Assembly: GCA_028534125.1 (NCBI GenBank)
Contig: CM052816.1
Span: 101,122,001-101,186,000 of the forward strand
Reading direction: 5' to 3'
Origin: Lama glama
Taxonomy: Eukaryota
DNA length: 64,000 nt
Part shown: positions 26,275 to 38,861 of the stretch, in pieces
Numbering within the stretch: the stretch's first letter is position 1
Layout: every line of letters begins with the position of its first letter
Position numbers and translations under genes: made by a program
Notes under the pieces: model-generated
What the model was told of the DNA's origin: nothing
Seen by the model: only the letters and a program-made list of their open reading frames with translations
Databases searched by the model: none

Positions 26275-26650
26275 GTCTGAGTGTTCAAGGGTGGCCACAG
26301 CAAGTCGCCACACCTGCTGTCTCCAAACAACAGAAACGTGTCACCCCCCAGATCTGGAGGCCGAAGTCCAACGTGGCGGTCCCCTCCCTCCAGAGGCCTG
26401 GAAAGACACTCCTGCCTCTTCCTGCTGGTGGCCCGTCACTCCAGCCCCGGCCTCCATCTTCACGTGCCCCCGCCCCCCACTCAGTGCGTCTCTAATCCCC
26501 TCTGCCTCTCTCCCAGGGACACCGGGGACGCCTGTAGGCCAACCCCTTCATCCAGGATAATCTCCTCAACCAGGATCTGTAACTTGATCACATCTGCTGA
26601 ACCATATTTCTCCTTCTGGAAGGTCACATTCACAGGTGCCGGGGACCAGG
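26275..26650 (-). mobile_element. ERVL-MaLR LTR (MLT1C/D-like)
   Basis: aaacaacagaaac...tctggaggccgaagtccaa ... atccaggataatctc ... aacttgatcacatctgc ... aaggtcacattcacaggtgccgggg. Confidence 0.82.
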
Positions 26651-28299
26651 ATCTGCCCCAGAGCCACGGGGAGGACGCCGGCTGGTCTGATGGGAGGCTG
26701 GAGAGCAATGTTCAGGAAGTGGGCACCAGGGGGAGGCAGACCAGGTGCAGGCATCCTGCACGGGCCACCGGACCCAGGGAGCCGCCCGTGACCTGACCGC
26801 CCTCCCTGGAACGGACTCTGCTCCGCACTGGACTCTCGGCGTGTGTGGTGGGCTGAGGGGCCTGATGCCTGGAACCTTCATGATGGGAGGCCCAGGTGGG
26901 GCTCCCTGGCCACGTACAGGTGGAGCCCAGTCCTCAGACAACACCGCAGGGCACAGACTAGGGCTGTGGGGCAGGTGGCACAGCTCCCCTCAGTGGAGGG
27001 AGCAAAAGCCTGGGGCGTAGAGACACAGGGCGCTGGCTGCGGGCCGGCCCGCAGCGGGCAAGCGGCTGGCGAAGGAGAGCGTTTGGGGAGCTGACCTGCC
27101 ACCACCAGGTCTTTTCTTGAGGGGGGGAAGGAAAGGGTCTGTGACAGAGCCAGGTGTCCAGCAACGTGCGTCCCTCCTTGCTCCCTGTAAGAGAGTCCTG
27201 GACTCTGAGCTGGGACGCCGCTTCCAGGAAAGGTTCATTTCCCAGCTTCCCTGCAACTGCATGGCCGCGTGGCCGGGCCACGGCTCATGAGCGGAGGGCA
27301 GGCTGTGCGCCCCCAGCCAGTGGCGGGGGGACACCCTTCCTTCCCGTGGGCTGGCTCCGGAGGGACATGAGGGCCGGGGCTAGAAGCCCAAGTGGACCCA
27401 CGGAGTGGGGACAGCAGAGACACAGAACAAAGGGGGTGCGTCCCTGCCCGACCACGAGCCACCGCGGCAGCCACCGGGTTTTGTTTGTACGTCCCTGCTC
27501 CTTTCGGCTCCCTGGCCGCTGAGTCTGAGGCAGACTCGCTGCTGCAGGCTCGGCCCTCACCGCCCGTGGGAGACAAGACTTGTCAGCACTTTGAATTAAG
27601 GTTTTAAACGGCGATGCCACCCACCAGCCTGCAGGCGCCACCGCCCCCCCAACACACACTTTCCTCTGGTTTCCACGCCGTGTCCCACGTTGAGCCATCT
27701 GCGAGGAGCCCCTCAGGGCACAGCCAGGTGACCTCGGTCCAAAGGGCCGTGGTTAACTAGGCGACGGTGCTGGCCGGACGGGAGCCCTGACCTGGCCGGG
27801 TGCCTGTCCGGGCGAGGCCTGCGGTTGGCCGTGGTGGGCGGGGGTGATGGGCATTGGGTGCGCTTCATTTTGAAGGGCCACTGGTGTGTGGGCTGCTGTC
27901 TCTGAAGCAGTGCCCCGCTTGGGGTCAACAGGGGACCAGCTGGGGATGCTCTTCCGTCTGGGGCCGCTGCAAACCTGAGTCACAGCCACGTCTGTGTGGG
28001 GGCACGGGGCTCGGGGAAGGAGAGGAATGCTTCCAAGTAAGGAGATTCAACTGCTGTTTTTCAGGAACTCTGGGTGACTTGCGTTCTGAAGAAAATGAGG
28101 CTGTAGCTGCCTAAACTCCCAGAGGCCACCCTGGTTCGAGTGCTGCAGGGCTGAACCTCTGCCCTGTGCCCTCCCTGCTCCCCGTGGGGGCCGGAGGGGC
28201 CACGGGGTGGAATCACACTGTCCCACGGGTTGTGTAGAAGAAGGTGTTTGCTGGCCACAGCCTCATCAACCCGTCTGCCCTCGGCACGTGGGGAGCGTG

Positions 28300-28580
28300 T
28301 CCGAGCCAAGAGAAAACATTGATTCAGAGCTCAGCAAATAAGGCAATCAATTGAAACAGATTTACTTTCACGGAGAGCCCTTTGAAAGCACAGAGATTTA
28401 AAGTGACGGTTGGTTGCGAAATGCTTGCTTAGGTGATAAGAGTGCATTTAAGTGGAACTGTATTTATAGCATTGTCATGTTTTCAAGAAAAGTTTTGCGA
28501 TGTGTGACTGTCAAGTAGTACGTAATTTCATGCATTTGATGGCCAGGTCAGTATAACCAGAATTCAGATCAAAGCCAGCA
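28300..28580. promoter_or_regulatory. Candidate enhancer with clustered T-box/GATA/NKX2/MEF2/MEIS/TCF motifs
   Basis: AGGTGA 28431, GATAA 28435, TTAAGTGG 28448, GTATTTATAG 28460, TGTCA 28473, CCTTTGAA 28379, AGATCAAAG 28566, in a non-repetitive AT-rich island. Confidence 0.45.
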
Positions 28581-28789
28581 CACCCACAGCCCCACCGACC
28601 AGCTGTCGCCCGGCCCCATCGGAGACCCTGTCCCCACCCCGACACCACTGGGCGCTTTGCCCAGTTTTGGACTTGCTCTTGGCGGCGAACAGGACACAGG
28701 CTCCTGCCTGGCCTCTGACACGGAGCTCCTGAGATGCGGCTGAATTGGATGTCTTTGTGGTTTGTTTATCGTCCTCACTCATTGGGCTC

Positions 28790-29570
28790 TGCTGTGCTAA
28801 CCGGCCCCCATTTATCCATCCACTGCGTTATTAACAGACACTGGAATTGTGTCTAAGTTGGGGCTATAAGCATTCTGGTGAACGTTCGTGTCCATTGTTG
28901 TGCCAGGTTTGTGCCTAGGAGCTGACCCTGCATGTCACGGCATGCTCCAACCACCAGCTCCAGTTGCCTCACACCAGTGCCATCACTCAGTGTCTCTCTG
29001 TCTCCATTGTAGCCATCCTAGTGTGGAGCAGAAATTCTTGATTTTGGTGTAAGTGAAATGTCTCTGTGTGTTTTTTCTGGAGGCCCTATGTGTCCTGTTG
29101 GTCTGCTTTTCTTTCAAGGCTCCCACATTTTGCTACGTATTGTGTAACTTTAAAATTAGTCCCCTCTCCAGCAGTGATAATTCTCCAATTTTGTTCTTCT
29201 TCAAGACTATGGCTATTACTGACTGTTTGTATTTCAATATATTCTTTAGAAATGTTTTCTCAATGTCCACATATACACACAATCTGCTGAGATTTTGATC
29301 TGGATTGTAGTGAATCCATAAATCATCTTGGAGAGAAATTAACAGCTTTAAATATGATACATCCAATCCATGAACATTGTATATCTCCCTATTCTTTAAG
29401 CTTTAAATTTTTTTCTGAATAATGTTGTACAGATTTTTGTAAAAGATTGTGAGCATATTTGATTAGATTTTTTCTTGATTATCTGGGGGGTTTAGTGCAG
29501 CTCTAAACCTTTAAAAACTCTTTTCTAAGTATTATTGCTAATATATAGAAATACAACAGATTTTAAAATA
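28790..29570 (-). mobile_element. Old L1 ORF2/3' fragments
   Basis: T-rich; tttgttcttcttcaagactatggctatt, ctgagattttgatctggattgtagtgaatccata, ccaatccatgaacattgtatatctcc. Confidence 0.8.
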
Positions 29571-30130
29571 ATTCATAGACTTCATCTTTTACAACACTTT
29601 TAAGTTTACAGAAAAATTGAACAGAAAGCACAGAGAATTCTCATGCCCCTCCCCCTCCCCCCGCGGTTTTCTTATTATTAGCATCTTCCGTTAACGTGGT
29701 ACGTCTGTTACATTTGAGGAGCCAATGCCAATACACTGGGATTAACTAAGTTCCATAGTTCACACTGCAGTTGCTCTTGGTGTCGTTTATTCTGTGGGTT
29801 TAGACAAGTGTCTAATGATCTGTCCCCATTGCTACCATATCACACTCAGTGGTTTCACTGCCCTGAAACGCCCTGTGCTCCCTCTTCATCCCCCCACCCC
29901 AAAGCCCCAGCAACCACTGCTCTGTTCACTGTCTCCACAGTCTTGCCTTCTCCAAACTGTCTTGTCACTGGAATCACACATGCAGCCTTTTCAGATCAGC
30001 TTTCTTCACCTAGCAACATGAATATAAGGTCCCTCCATGTTTTTTCATGGCTTGATAACACATTTCTTTTAAGCACTGAATAATATTCCGTTGTCTGGTT
30101 GGATCACAGATCATTTATCTATTCACCTAC
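29571..30130 (-). mobile_element. L1MC1-like 3' end
   Basis: ttttaagtttacagaaaaattgaacagaaagcacagaga ... ttctgtgggtttagacaagtgtctaatga ... ttcactgccctgaaa ... tccctccatgttttttcatggcttgata. Confidence 0.85.
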
Positions 30131-30265
30131 AGGCAGGAATTCTTCCTGGAGACACATAGTTACTAATTTTTTTTTGCCATTTGTTCTTTAATGTGTTGAA
30201 ATTAGCCTGTGTTTCTTTAAAGAGAATCCCTAATTCAGACTCTTCAATTGTTAAAACCAGGTCCC

Positions 30266-30420
30266 GGGGAGGAGGAATGTAGCTCAGTGGTAAAATGTGT
30301 GCTTAGCAGGCACGAGGTCCAGGGTCCAATCCCCAGCACCTCCATTAAAATAAACAAATAAATAAATAAAATACCCTAATTCCCTCCCAAAAAAACCAAA
30401 ATTTTTAATAAAATGAAAAA
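30266..30420 (+). mobile_element. tRNA-derived SINE (camelid Vic-1-like) with A-rich tail and TSD
   Basis: tgtagctcagtggtaaaatgtgtgcttagcaggcacgaggtccagggtccaatccccagcacctcca, (TAAA)n tail; TSD aaaaccaggtcc (30253-30264) / aaacacaggtcc (30421-30432). Confidence 0.92.
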
Positions 30421-30689
30421 AAACACAGGTCCACAGTCATCTCCCAGTGTAAAGTTTTAGTGTCACTTATAACAATTATCAATCATACACAGCTGGCATG
30501 TTTGACTCATTCATTATCTCCTATAAACTCATTCAACAAATGTGGCTTTTTTTACTCCAAGCCGGGCACTATTCTCCATACAGTCCATGTCCCTGCCATC
30601 CCAGAATAAACATCTTGGTCAGCAAGAAAGACAGGAAGAAAGTGACCCTGGGCCAGGTGGGTGTGTCAGGTGCAGCCGTCAGCTGATTA

Positions 30690-30837
30690 GAAGAGGCCCG
30701 CCACACTGATCCTCTGCTTTACTGAGTCCAAGGAACCAAAGGCTAATCTCACCCAGACATGCCCAGAATCATGTTTGATCACATATCTGGCCACTGTGTG
30801 ATCCAGTTAGGTTGACCCATAAAATTAACCATCACAC
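30690..30837 (-). mobile_element. MLT2-like ERVL LTR fragment
   Basis: cccagaatcatgtttga ... ggttgacccataaaattaaccatcaca terminus. Confidence 0.75.
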
Positions 30838-31478
30838 CGAGTGGTATTGTCACAGGTAGTTCTGGCTTCTGTCTGGAGAAATGCTGTCGGGTGGGCAGGA
30901 CAAGAGGCTGGAGGTGCCTCCAGGGGCCACTGCGGAACCCCACGGGGATGGACCCACCTCGAGTGTCTGAGGCCCCAGACGGCCCTAGGGCCAGCTTCCT
31001 CTGTTGCACGGTGCCTCCCCTCCAGCTCCAACCTGATGTGGGGCTTCTGGGGGACTGATTTGGGGACCTCAACTTCCAGGCTCCTGTTGGCCCCTCCCTA
31101 CCCGGGCAGGGCCAGGCTTCTCCAGCATGGACCACCACCTGCCATCCCACCATCTCCCTCCCTGGGTTGGCAATGCTGAGTGTGTTGGTTAGAATCAGAC
31201 GACCCCCTCCCCTGGGCTGTCAGGAAGAGCAGCCGTGAACGTGTCCTGGAAAAGGAGAGTCTGGGGGTGCAGATGGCCCTGAGCCAGGTCCCCGTGGGGG
31301 TGGCCTGCTGGCAGCATCAGGGGCTCTGACACTTCGCGGAGAAAGCTCAGACCCTGGAGCAGCCAGCTACGTAGGACCTGTGTTTTCTCTTCTTCAGAAA
31401 CCAGTACTCTACTTCACAGCCCGGTGGCTCTACTGTTGAAGGAAACATTGTTCCGTTTTTACAGATCACAGTAGAGCA

Positions 31479-32021
31479 CAGCTGATTCTCAACATGGGGA
31501 GCTCTGTCTACAGAGATGCCCAAACCCTGAGTTAGCGAGACCTGAGCCTCTGCTCCCGGGCGGACCTGGGGCTGGCTTCCCGGGGGCCTCTGGTTACTTT
31601 TCCCTCAACTGATCAACACCCAGCCATGTGCTACGTGTGCGTCTGCTGAGGGACACCCTACTGAACGTGTGTGGAACCATCAGCCAAAGCACAGAACTCA
31701 GGCCCAACAAAGGCACAGACCCTCCTCCCTCAGCTTCAGGCGCAAGGCAGCCCTTCCACACCGGGCTTGGGGGCATTTTAAGCAGCCAAATCACCCAAAA
31801 AGCACAAAAATGCAAAAAGGTGTGGCTCTTCTAGACCTCAAGAAGGCCACCACATGTCAGAGTGGAGCTGAGACAAGAAGGCAGTGTCCCTGCTCAGACC
31901 TCGGTGGGGACCACATGTGGCAGGACCACACTGGCTCGTCCCCTGACGACCGGAGTCACAGACAGTCTTCGGCGAGTGAGTGGATTCAGAAGCACAGAAC
32001 CAGGTCGACAAGGACCGGCCG
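31479..32021 (-). mobile_element. MER82-like TcMar-Tigger DNA transposon
   Basis: Begins cagctgattctc (TIR-like); internal ttgggggcattttaagcagccaaatcacccaaaaagcacaaaaatgcaaaaa and gagctgagacaagaaggcag match the recalled MER82 consensus in antisense. Confidence 0.75.
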
Positions 32022-33101
32022 CAGCAGCCTGGCCTTTATCCCTCTCTCCGGCTAGACCATCCTGCACCCGGGATGGGGGACAAAGGTGGGCAGTGGGCCA
32101 CCGGGCAGGACCTGGAGCAGACACCTTCCAGGAGCCGCGTGGCAGGCAGAGGCGCACCTGTGGGAGCCAGCCCAGCACCTCGTGTCCCGCTGGCATTATG
32201 TAGTTGCCACCTGACAGTGAACCCCAAAGGGCCTTTTCAAGATAAAAATCTCACTCTGGCGTGCATGGCCCTGCCAGCGAGAGACCAGGGATGTGGAGCC
32301 GGGCAGACAGTGTGTTACCAGCTGTCCCAAAGACAGGTGGTGACGGTGCCATGAGTCCACACACTGCCCCGCCTCACTCGGGTGAGCAGCAGAAAGGAGA
32401 CACGTCTGGCCTGTGAGTGCTGGGGAAAGCCGTGCCTGCAATCCACCTGCAGAGTGACACTGCCACTGCAGCAAAATCCAGAGGGAAACACAGAGAGGCC
32501 TGAACAGGGCTATGCTGGGGACACCTGCTGCGGCAGGGCTGCCCCGCCTGCTGAGGAGACCCCTTCCTTCCTGAAGGAAGGCGACAGGCCTTCTGAGGTC
32601 GGTTCCAGGCATGACTGCTTTCTGGAGAATCTTCATTCTTCCACCACATGTTTAACCTTAACTCGCTAGAGATTGTCTCAATATCTTATCTTTGCCATCT
32701 ACATATTTTAGGGGAATTAAGGTCAAACTTGCCACTTTCTGTCCTCCTCTTAGGGGCTTCTTCAAAGGCTTAGACAGTCCAAGCCCCACTTTGATTTTAT
32801 GATTCACCTTATGGGGAAAGTTGGCTCAAGGAGTGTTTCTGAAAGAAACAAAGCAGAAGACCAGGGGACGGGCTGGCCACAGCCACCGCTGGGAACACGG
32901 CTGTGCCCCTTCACGCCGGCTCCAGCTGAGTTCCCAGCCCTCGTGAGGGCCTCTCCTGCGAGTCAGCCTCCCCCACCTGTGGACAGGTGGCACTCCCCAC
33001 CTGGCACTGCCTGCCGGGGCCCGGCAGGGTGATCTGTGCGGCGCCTTGCAGACCCGGCACTGTCTGTTGTGGCATCGCTGCTACTATTATGACCTTACAC
33101 A

Positions 33102-33512
33102 CGGTGACGAAAATTAACCAGTCCGTCTAAGAAAGAAATGGAAAATTTTATTTGAGCCAAACTGAGGATTATAAGCCAAGACGGCACGCCCCCCCTGGTA
33201 GCACTCAAAGCAGTTACGCAGGGTTTTGGGGACGCAGGGCTGTGCGTTAAATGACGCTTTTCTGACGGTTCACACAAACCAGCGCTGAGCGCCGCCGTGG
33301 CCCCTCACAGGTCAGGACGCAGCGCTGCCTTCCAGGAGCCGCCTTGCTGACGCCGGGAGACTCGCTCTGCGGCCGAGCCGGCGCTTCTGCCGCGCGGCCC
33401 CCGTCAGACGCAGACCCGCGCCGCGCGGTGGGGAGGGGGGCCGAAGGGCAGAGAAAAGTTTTCATGTTTAAATTTTTCTCATCTTGTTATAAAACATGAA
33501 TGTTATTTCACA
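33102..33512 (-). mobile_element. ERV1-like solo LTR, copy B
   Basis: aaattaac...gaaaattttatttgagccaaactgaggattataa at the left and gggcagagaaaagttttcatgtttaaatttttctcatcttgttataaaacatgaatgttatttcaca at the right are reverse complements of the ends of copies A and C. Confidence 0.82.
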
Positions 33513-36339
33513 TAAAGTCCCACTTAATATGACAGTGAAAGCGCAGCGCCCACCAGTATTTCGCACGCAGATGTGAAAGGCCGTAATCGAAAATGCTCAC
33601 ACGGTCAGGTGTACCAGAGTTTTCCAAACTGTAGTCTTTCAGAAAAATCAATCTTGTCTCAGAAGTCACTTCTCCAGGCCTTGGTGAACAGAATTTCCTA
33701 TTCACCTTCTGGGGCAGTAGAACTGTCGACCTGAGCTTTGAGGGGTGGCCCGCGGGCAGGCTTTGAGCACAGAGGGGTCACCGCTCGGCAGCGCCTGGCT
33801 TGGCAGAGGCAGGGGGAGGGGCTGGGTCAGCTCTGGGCCGCCCACCCCCACTTCCCTGTTCCGTTGGAGTAGAAGTGGCCAAGGGAAGCCCCACCCCCAG
33901 GAAGCAGGGGCTTTCCAGAAAGCCGGAGGGCAGAGAACCGGCTGGGTCCTCAGACCCACCCCCCTGGGCTTTGGGAACAAGACTGAGTCAGTGCCCCAGG
34001 GACAGAGTAGGTGTGATGACATTCCCTGTGACCGGTGACCTGTGACTTGTGACCCTGGACAAAGAACTGAAATGCTTAGACTCACTCCCAGGGGTCCCGC
34101 CTCCCAAGGAGGGAGGGAGGTGACAGCTGGAGTCTGAGCTCAGTGCTCCCCCTGCTCCAAGGGGCCTGGACGGATGGGAGAGTCGGGAGGGCGCCTGGGC
34201 GAAGGTGTCCACCTCTTGGCCAGGGCGCTGGTCTCCATGGGGGGAGACCCAGCTCAATGCTCCCATGCGGCCGGGGTCGCTCAGGGCAATCCCGGCCATT
34301 TGTCCGGCCCCCAGGTGGACAGCAGGGGCTGTGCACTCCAGCCGTTGATGCAGGTGTCCTCGTGGACCTGTGTCCTGGACGCTGCGCTGGGACCTGCAGG
34401 TCAAGCCTGGTGCCTGAAGCGGCAGGGAAGAAGCCTCAGATAGATGCCCAGGAACCAGGGAAACCGTCCCACCAGACAAGCCGGGAGCTGAAGAGCCCAC
34501 AGACGGAGAGATTCGTGGCCCAGATTTTCCTCAGTGTTCACTGCTGGGGAGAAGCGTCCGCTGCTGGACGGAGGGGCCTCAGCCGTGGGCGCCACAAGCC
34601 GGTCTGTGCTGCCCCCTCAGGTGCCTGGCCGCTGCCTCAGCCCCCACCACACTCAGGGCCCCCGCCTGCAGCTCAGCATGCGGCCTCCCCTCCTCTGCTG
34701 GGATCCACCCTGTTCATCCAAAGCCCCCTCACATGCAGCCCCACCCTGGCGCCCAGAGTCTCAGACGGGATTGTCCATCAGGCAGGGCAGGGGTCACTGG
34801 GGGCCCTAGGGCGTGGAGCCCTGGGGCGCCGCCCTCCCAGCAGAGCAGGTGAAGGCACACGCCCCCGCCCCGAGGGAAGGACTGAGGGGAGGGCCCTGCG
34901 CCCGGCCCGCACTGCACGGCCGCGCCCAGCCCTGGCCCTGCTCAGCGGCGCGCAGCCCGAGCTGCTGGTGCCAAGCCAGCCGACCCTGCGAAGGAGAACT
35001 TGCCGTTGCAGCACAGACGCTTGCGGGGGGGGGGCAGGATGCCGCCTCCCCCGGCAGCCTCACAGAACCTCTGGAGCTGAAAGGACACACGCGGAGGGCC
35101 CGGGGCCCATGGACCTTCCCCGACCGGACCACGGCGCCCCTCAAGGAGAGCCTGGGCTTAAAACGGGCTTCCGCCCAGGAAGGAGCTACAAACGCAGCGA
35201 TTCTGGGGACTTCGTCCAGAAATGACCTCATCTCCCCAGCAGACAGCATCACACCGCCTCCCAAATCTGAGGGTCCCAGGGGCCACCTTTCCCTGACAGC
35301 TCAGCGTGTTCCTGCAGGTGCAGAGGCCCAGCTTCGACAGCTGGATGTGGCTTCACGGACGCGTGCTGGCCTGGGTGTCACAAAGCTGCTGCACCTGAGG
35401 GCTTCCCAAGTGTCCCAGTGATGCGCCCCCAGGCCCCGGCCAGCCTGCGCATGCCCGCACCTGCTCTCACCTGGAAGCTGACCTGATGGCTCAAGGGCCC
35501 TGGTGCCCTCCCTCCAGTGGTCTCTGGAGGGGGTCAGCCACCGGCTGCCAGCCAGCACCTTGCTTGTCCCTAGCGGCCCCGGCCAAGGCCCACGACCCCT
35601 TCTGAGCAGGGCTGGGTGCTGTAGAAGTGAAGCTCTCGGCCACGCCGTCTCTGCCACATCAGCCCGACGCTGCAGGACCACAGCCACAGCCGATACGTGA
35701 ACAACGGGCAGGGCTGCTTTCTGCCAAAACCTCGTTCTGGTAAAGCAGACACTCGGCCCGAGGGCACAGAGGCCTGTCCCTGCCTTGGCCCCCTCACACC
35801 TGTGAAATGTGACCTGAGAGCAAAGCTCCCGCACAGGGTCCTGGCTGTGCACGGCCACCAGCCCCTGGGCCCTCACAGATGTGGGGGCAGGGGCGAGGCT
35901 GCCAACCGGCCTCGGGGGGCTGCAGCGGGGCCTCGGGGTCCAGTGGGCGTCCAGCAGACCAGGTGCAGGGCCCCGTCTGGGTGTTGGCTTCCGTGGCCTG
36001 CAGGCACTGCCACGTTGGGGTTCTCCCAGTGCCTGTGGCTTCGTCCACGGGAGGAGGCTGTTTCTGTAGAGCCCGCCCCCCAGGGGCCCAAGCCACCCCA
36101 ACAGAGCGTCGGGCTTGGCCCCTGCAGTGGGAACCGCTCTGACTGAGGGGCCCTCTGCACAGCCGGGGGAGGGCGGGGCTGTGGCTTCTCTGAGTGCCCG
36201 GGTGGGTGTGAAAGGTGGCCCCGGGCTCAGAGGGCAGGCGAGGGCGGTGGGATCCTGGGAAGCCAGGGAGGTCTGCACAGCAACTTGGCAAGCAGGCGGC
36301 AGCCCCCAGACACGTGGAAGGAAGGCCCGGTGTGCCCAG

Positions 36340-36680
36340 TGGCTCAGGGCTGAACCGTGTGTCCCAGCAGACCTGTCAGACTTCTCACACCCAGGACCTC
36401 GGGACGTGACCTTGTTCGGAGACAGGTCTTCACAAAGGTAATCGAGCTAAAATGAGGTCATTACGGTGGCCTAACCCAACAGGGCTGGTGTCCTTGTAAA
36501 AGGGGGCATTTGGATGCAAACAGGCACACCGAGGGGGACTCACGGGCCAAGGACACCAGTGACGGCCAGCACCTCCAGGAGCTGGAGAGGGGCCCGGAGT
36601 CTCAGGAGGAACACCTTCACTTCGGACCTCCTGCCTCCTGGTGCGTGGGCAGGCTCAGCCCGGGGTAGCCTTCTGGAAAC
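36340..36680 (+). mobile_element. ERVL-MaLR LTR (MLT1C-like)
   Basis: gggctgaaccgtgtgtccc ... gtgaccttgttcggagacaggtcttcacaaaggtaatcgagctaaaatgaggtcatta ... ctggtgtccttgtaaaaggggg. Confidence 0.82.
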
Positions 36681-36965
36681 CCACCTCCACCCGTGTGCGC
36701 CACCTGGGGCCTGCGAGTCTGAGGGGCCTTCCATAGGCTGCGGTTTGAGAGGGCACCTCCACACAGCAGGTCCCCCGTGTGCAGACAGAGTGACCCCGGC
36801 CCTCCCGCCCGGCTCTCTAGGGCAGTCGCCTGCCAGTAGCAGGTCAGAGTCAGACAAATATCCGGACAGAGCTTTACCTCTGAACGCAGGCCCCACAACG
36901 ATCAATCCTTTTCAACTTATGAAAGCAACTTACGCTGACGCGATAGAATCGAAGAGGCAGAGAAA

Positions 36966-37401
36966 TGTGAAGGAAAAGTCACATTTTATGGCAAGGCCCG
37001 AAAAATTTAGACATTAAAAAATGTCCTCTGCCCTCGGCCTCCTCTCCCCACTGCTGCACGAGGCATGGGCCAGGCGTCCCCATGAGCAGAAACACCTGCT
37101 CATCCAGAAAGGGCAACGTTCTCCCGGCACCAGCAAGACAGCCCCTCAAAGGACGGCATCCCGTCTTGCTCCTGGAAGGGGCTGCGATGACACAGATGTG
37201 GGTTGTGTAAACTGTCGGTAACGAAAACGTTGTTTAACGCCCAGTCCTCCGTCTCAAAAACCTGTGTAACTGTGCTTTGACCGCTAACGGGGGAACAGCT
37301 CTCCGAGCTTTCTGCTTCGATGTTCCTCATTTATAATCCTCAGTTTGGCTTGAATAAAATTTTCATTTTTCTTTGATTGACGAGTTAATTTACCATCGAC
37401 A
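36966..37401 (+). mobile_element. ERV1-like solo LTR, copy C
   Basis: TG...CA termini (tgtgaaggaaaag ... ttaatttaccatcgaca), AATAAA near the 3' end, 4-bp flanks gaaa/gaag. Confidence 0.85.
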
Positions 37402-38861
37402 GAAGCGACAGGGAGAAAGGTAAACGGCCCGGCCTTCCCGGACGTTTCCGTGTTCAGACTCTCGGGGTTGGGGGCACGCTGTCTGTGTCCTGTCATTTGC
37501 ATAGAATATCTTCTTAAGATTTTTCTGTATCATAAATGGTGGGCGGAAGTGTAATTCTGAGGGTTGCATGTGTTTGCAGGACTTCGGGTCCCTTCCCTGC
37601 GTTGAGCTCCCCAGCCCTTGCAGACCAGGTGCTGGGCCATCTCCCACACGTCTCCTCCCCTTGGCTTCCATCCCCGAGTCCATCCCCAAGTCCACCCCTC
37701 ACTTCTGTCCCCCCCTCTGAGGACATCCTCACTCCTCCAGCCTCACTGCCTGCGGAGATTTCTCCCTTGGGGCAGCCTTCCTCGAGCCGCCCCCTCCCCA
37801 GGTCACAGTCTGAGCTCGGAAGGTGCTCCATGTCCTGGAGTTGATGTGGGGGAGCCCGTGGGAAAGCAGGTTACACGCTGGAGCTTGGTCCAAGCGGCTG
37901 GGAAGACATGCAGGTGGGGGAGCCCGATGAGACGGCCACACCTACGCTAAGATCTGGAAGAAAAATGACAGCCCAGGCCCAGCCCCCTCTCCTCCGTGTG
38001 GATTCCTCACGGTCCTAAATCACCCAGACTTGACCGCATCCTTGCAGGGACAGGACGGGACCCCCAGATAAGTTCATTCCATTGAGAAAAGCACAGGCCA
38101 GGTCGCTGATTCACGCGGCCTCGCGAACAGCAGGTTGACTCGCTGACCCGGCTGTCCCACTGCAGCTCAGACCCCGAGGGTCCCGACGCGCAGCTCCCGC
38201 CTGCCTCCTGCTCCTGGAAAGCCCAGGCCAGCCCTGTGTTCCCCACAAGCAGAACCACAAACTGTCAACCGCGAGAAGAATGACAGGAAGGGCTGGGGCG
38301 TCACCTGGAGCAGGTAGAATTCCGTGGACAACCGGAGCCTGGCGCTGTTTGCAGAGGGAGGGGAGTGGGAGGTGGGGCCCGACAGATCCTTTTGCAGGAA
38401 ACACCTGAGAGCCTTTCTGGGAAGGAACCTCAGATCCCAGCGCTCAGTAAATATTAGCACAGCACGAAACACCCTCTGCGGCTCCGGAGGGGGAAGCGGA
38501 GCCCGAAAGTGGACAAGGTTCTGCCAGAGTCAGGGGGGCAGCAGGGTCGGGGGGGACCAGTCGTGGTGACCCTCCCTCCCTCCCAGCAGCAGTCGGTTGA
38601 GGGTTGGGACACACCCCCGGCCCAGCTGGAGACAGGCCCCTGGCCACGCTGGCCGGCTCCTGGGTGAGCTGGGCAGCCACACAGCTGGGGTCCTGAGACG
38701 CCGCTCCTCCGCCCCCTCCCTCAGTGTGTAATCGAAGCCATCAGATTCTGTTCAAAAGGCAAACAGAGGCAGCAGCACGCTTCCTGCGCACAGCGGGGCG
38801 GCCTGGCCGTCCAGACACAGACACGTAAAAGCAGCGCTCAGTCAAAAAAGAAACGTGGGGC

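Noticed and set aside
30266-30345. tRNA-like sequences (also at 18923 and 38862) as tRNA genes
   Set aside because: Degenerate stems and boxes, A-rich tails and target-site duplications identify them as SINEs.
33102-37401. Two LTRs bounding an intact provirus, or terminal inverted repeats of a large DNA transposon
   Set aside because: The LTRs are in opposite orientation, the right copy has its own TSD-like flanks, and the interval has no gag/pol/env or transposase similarity.
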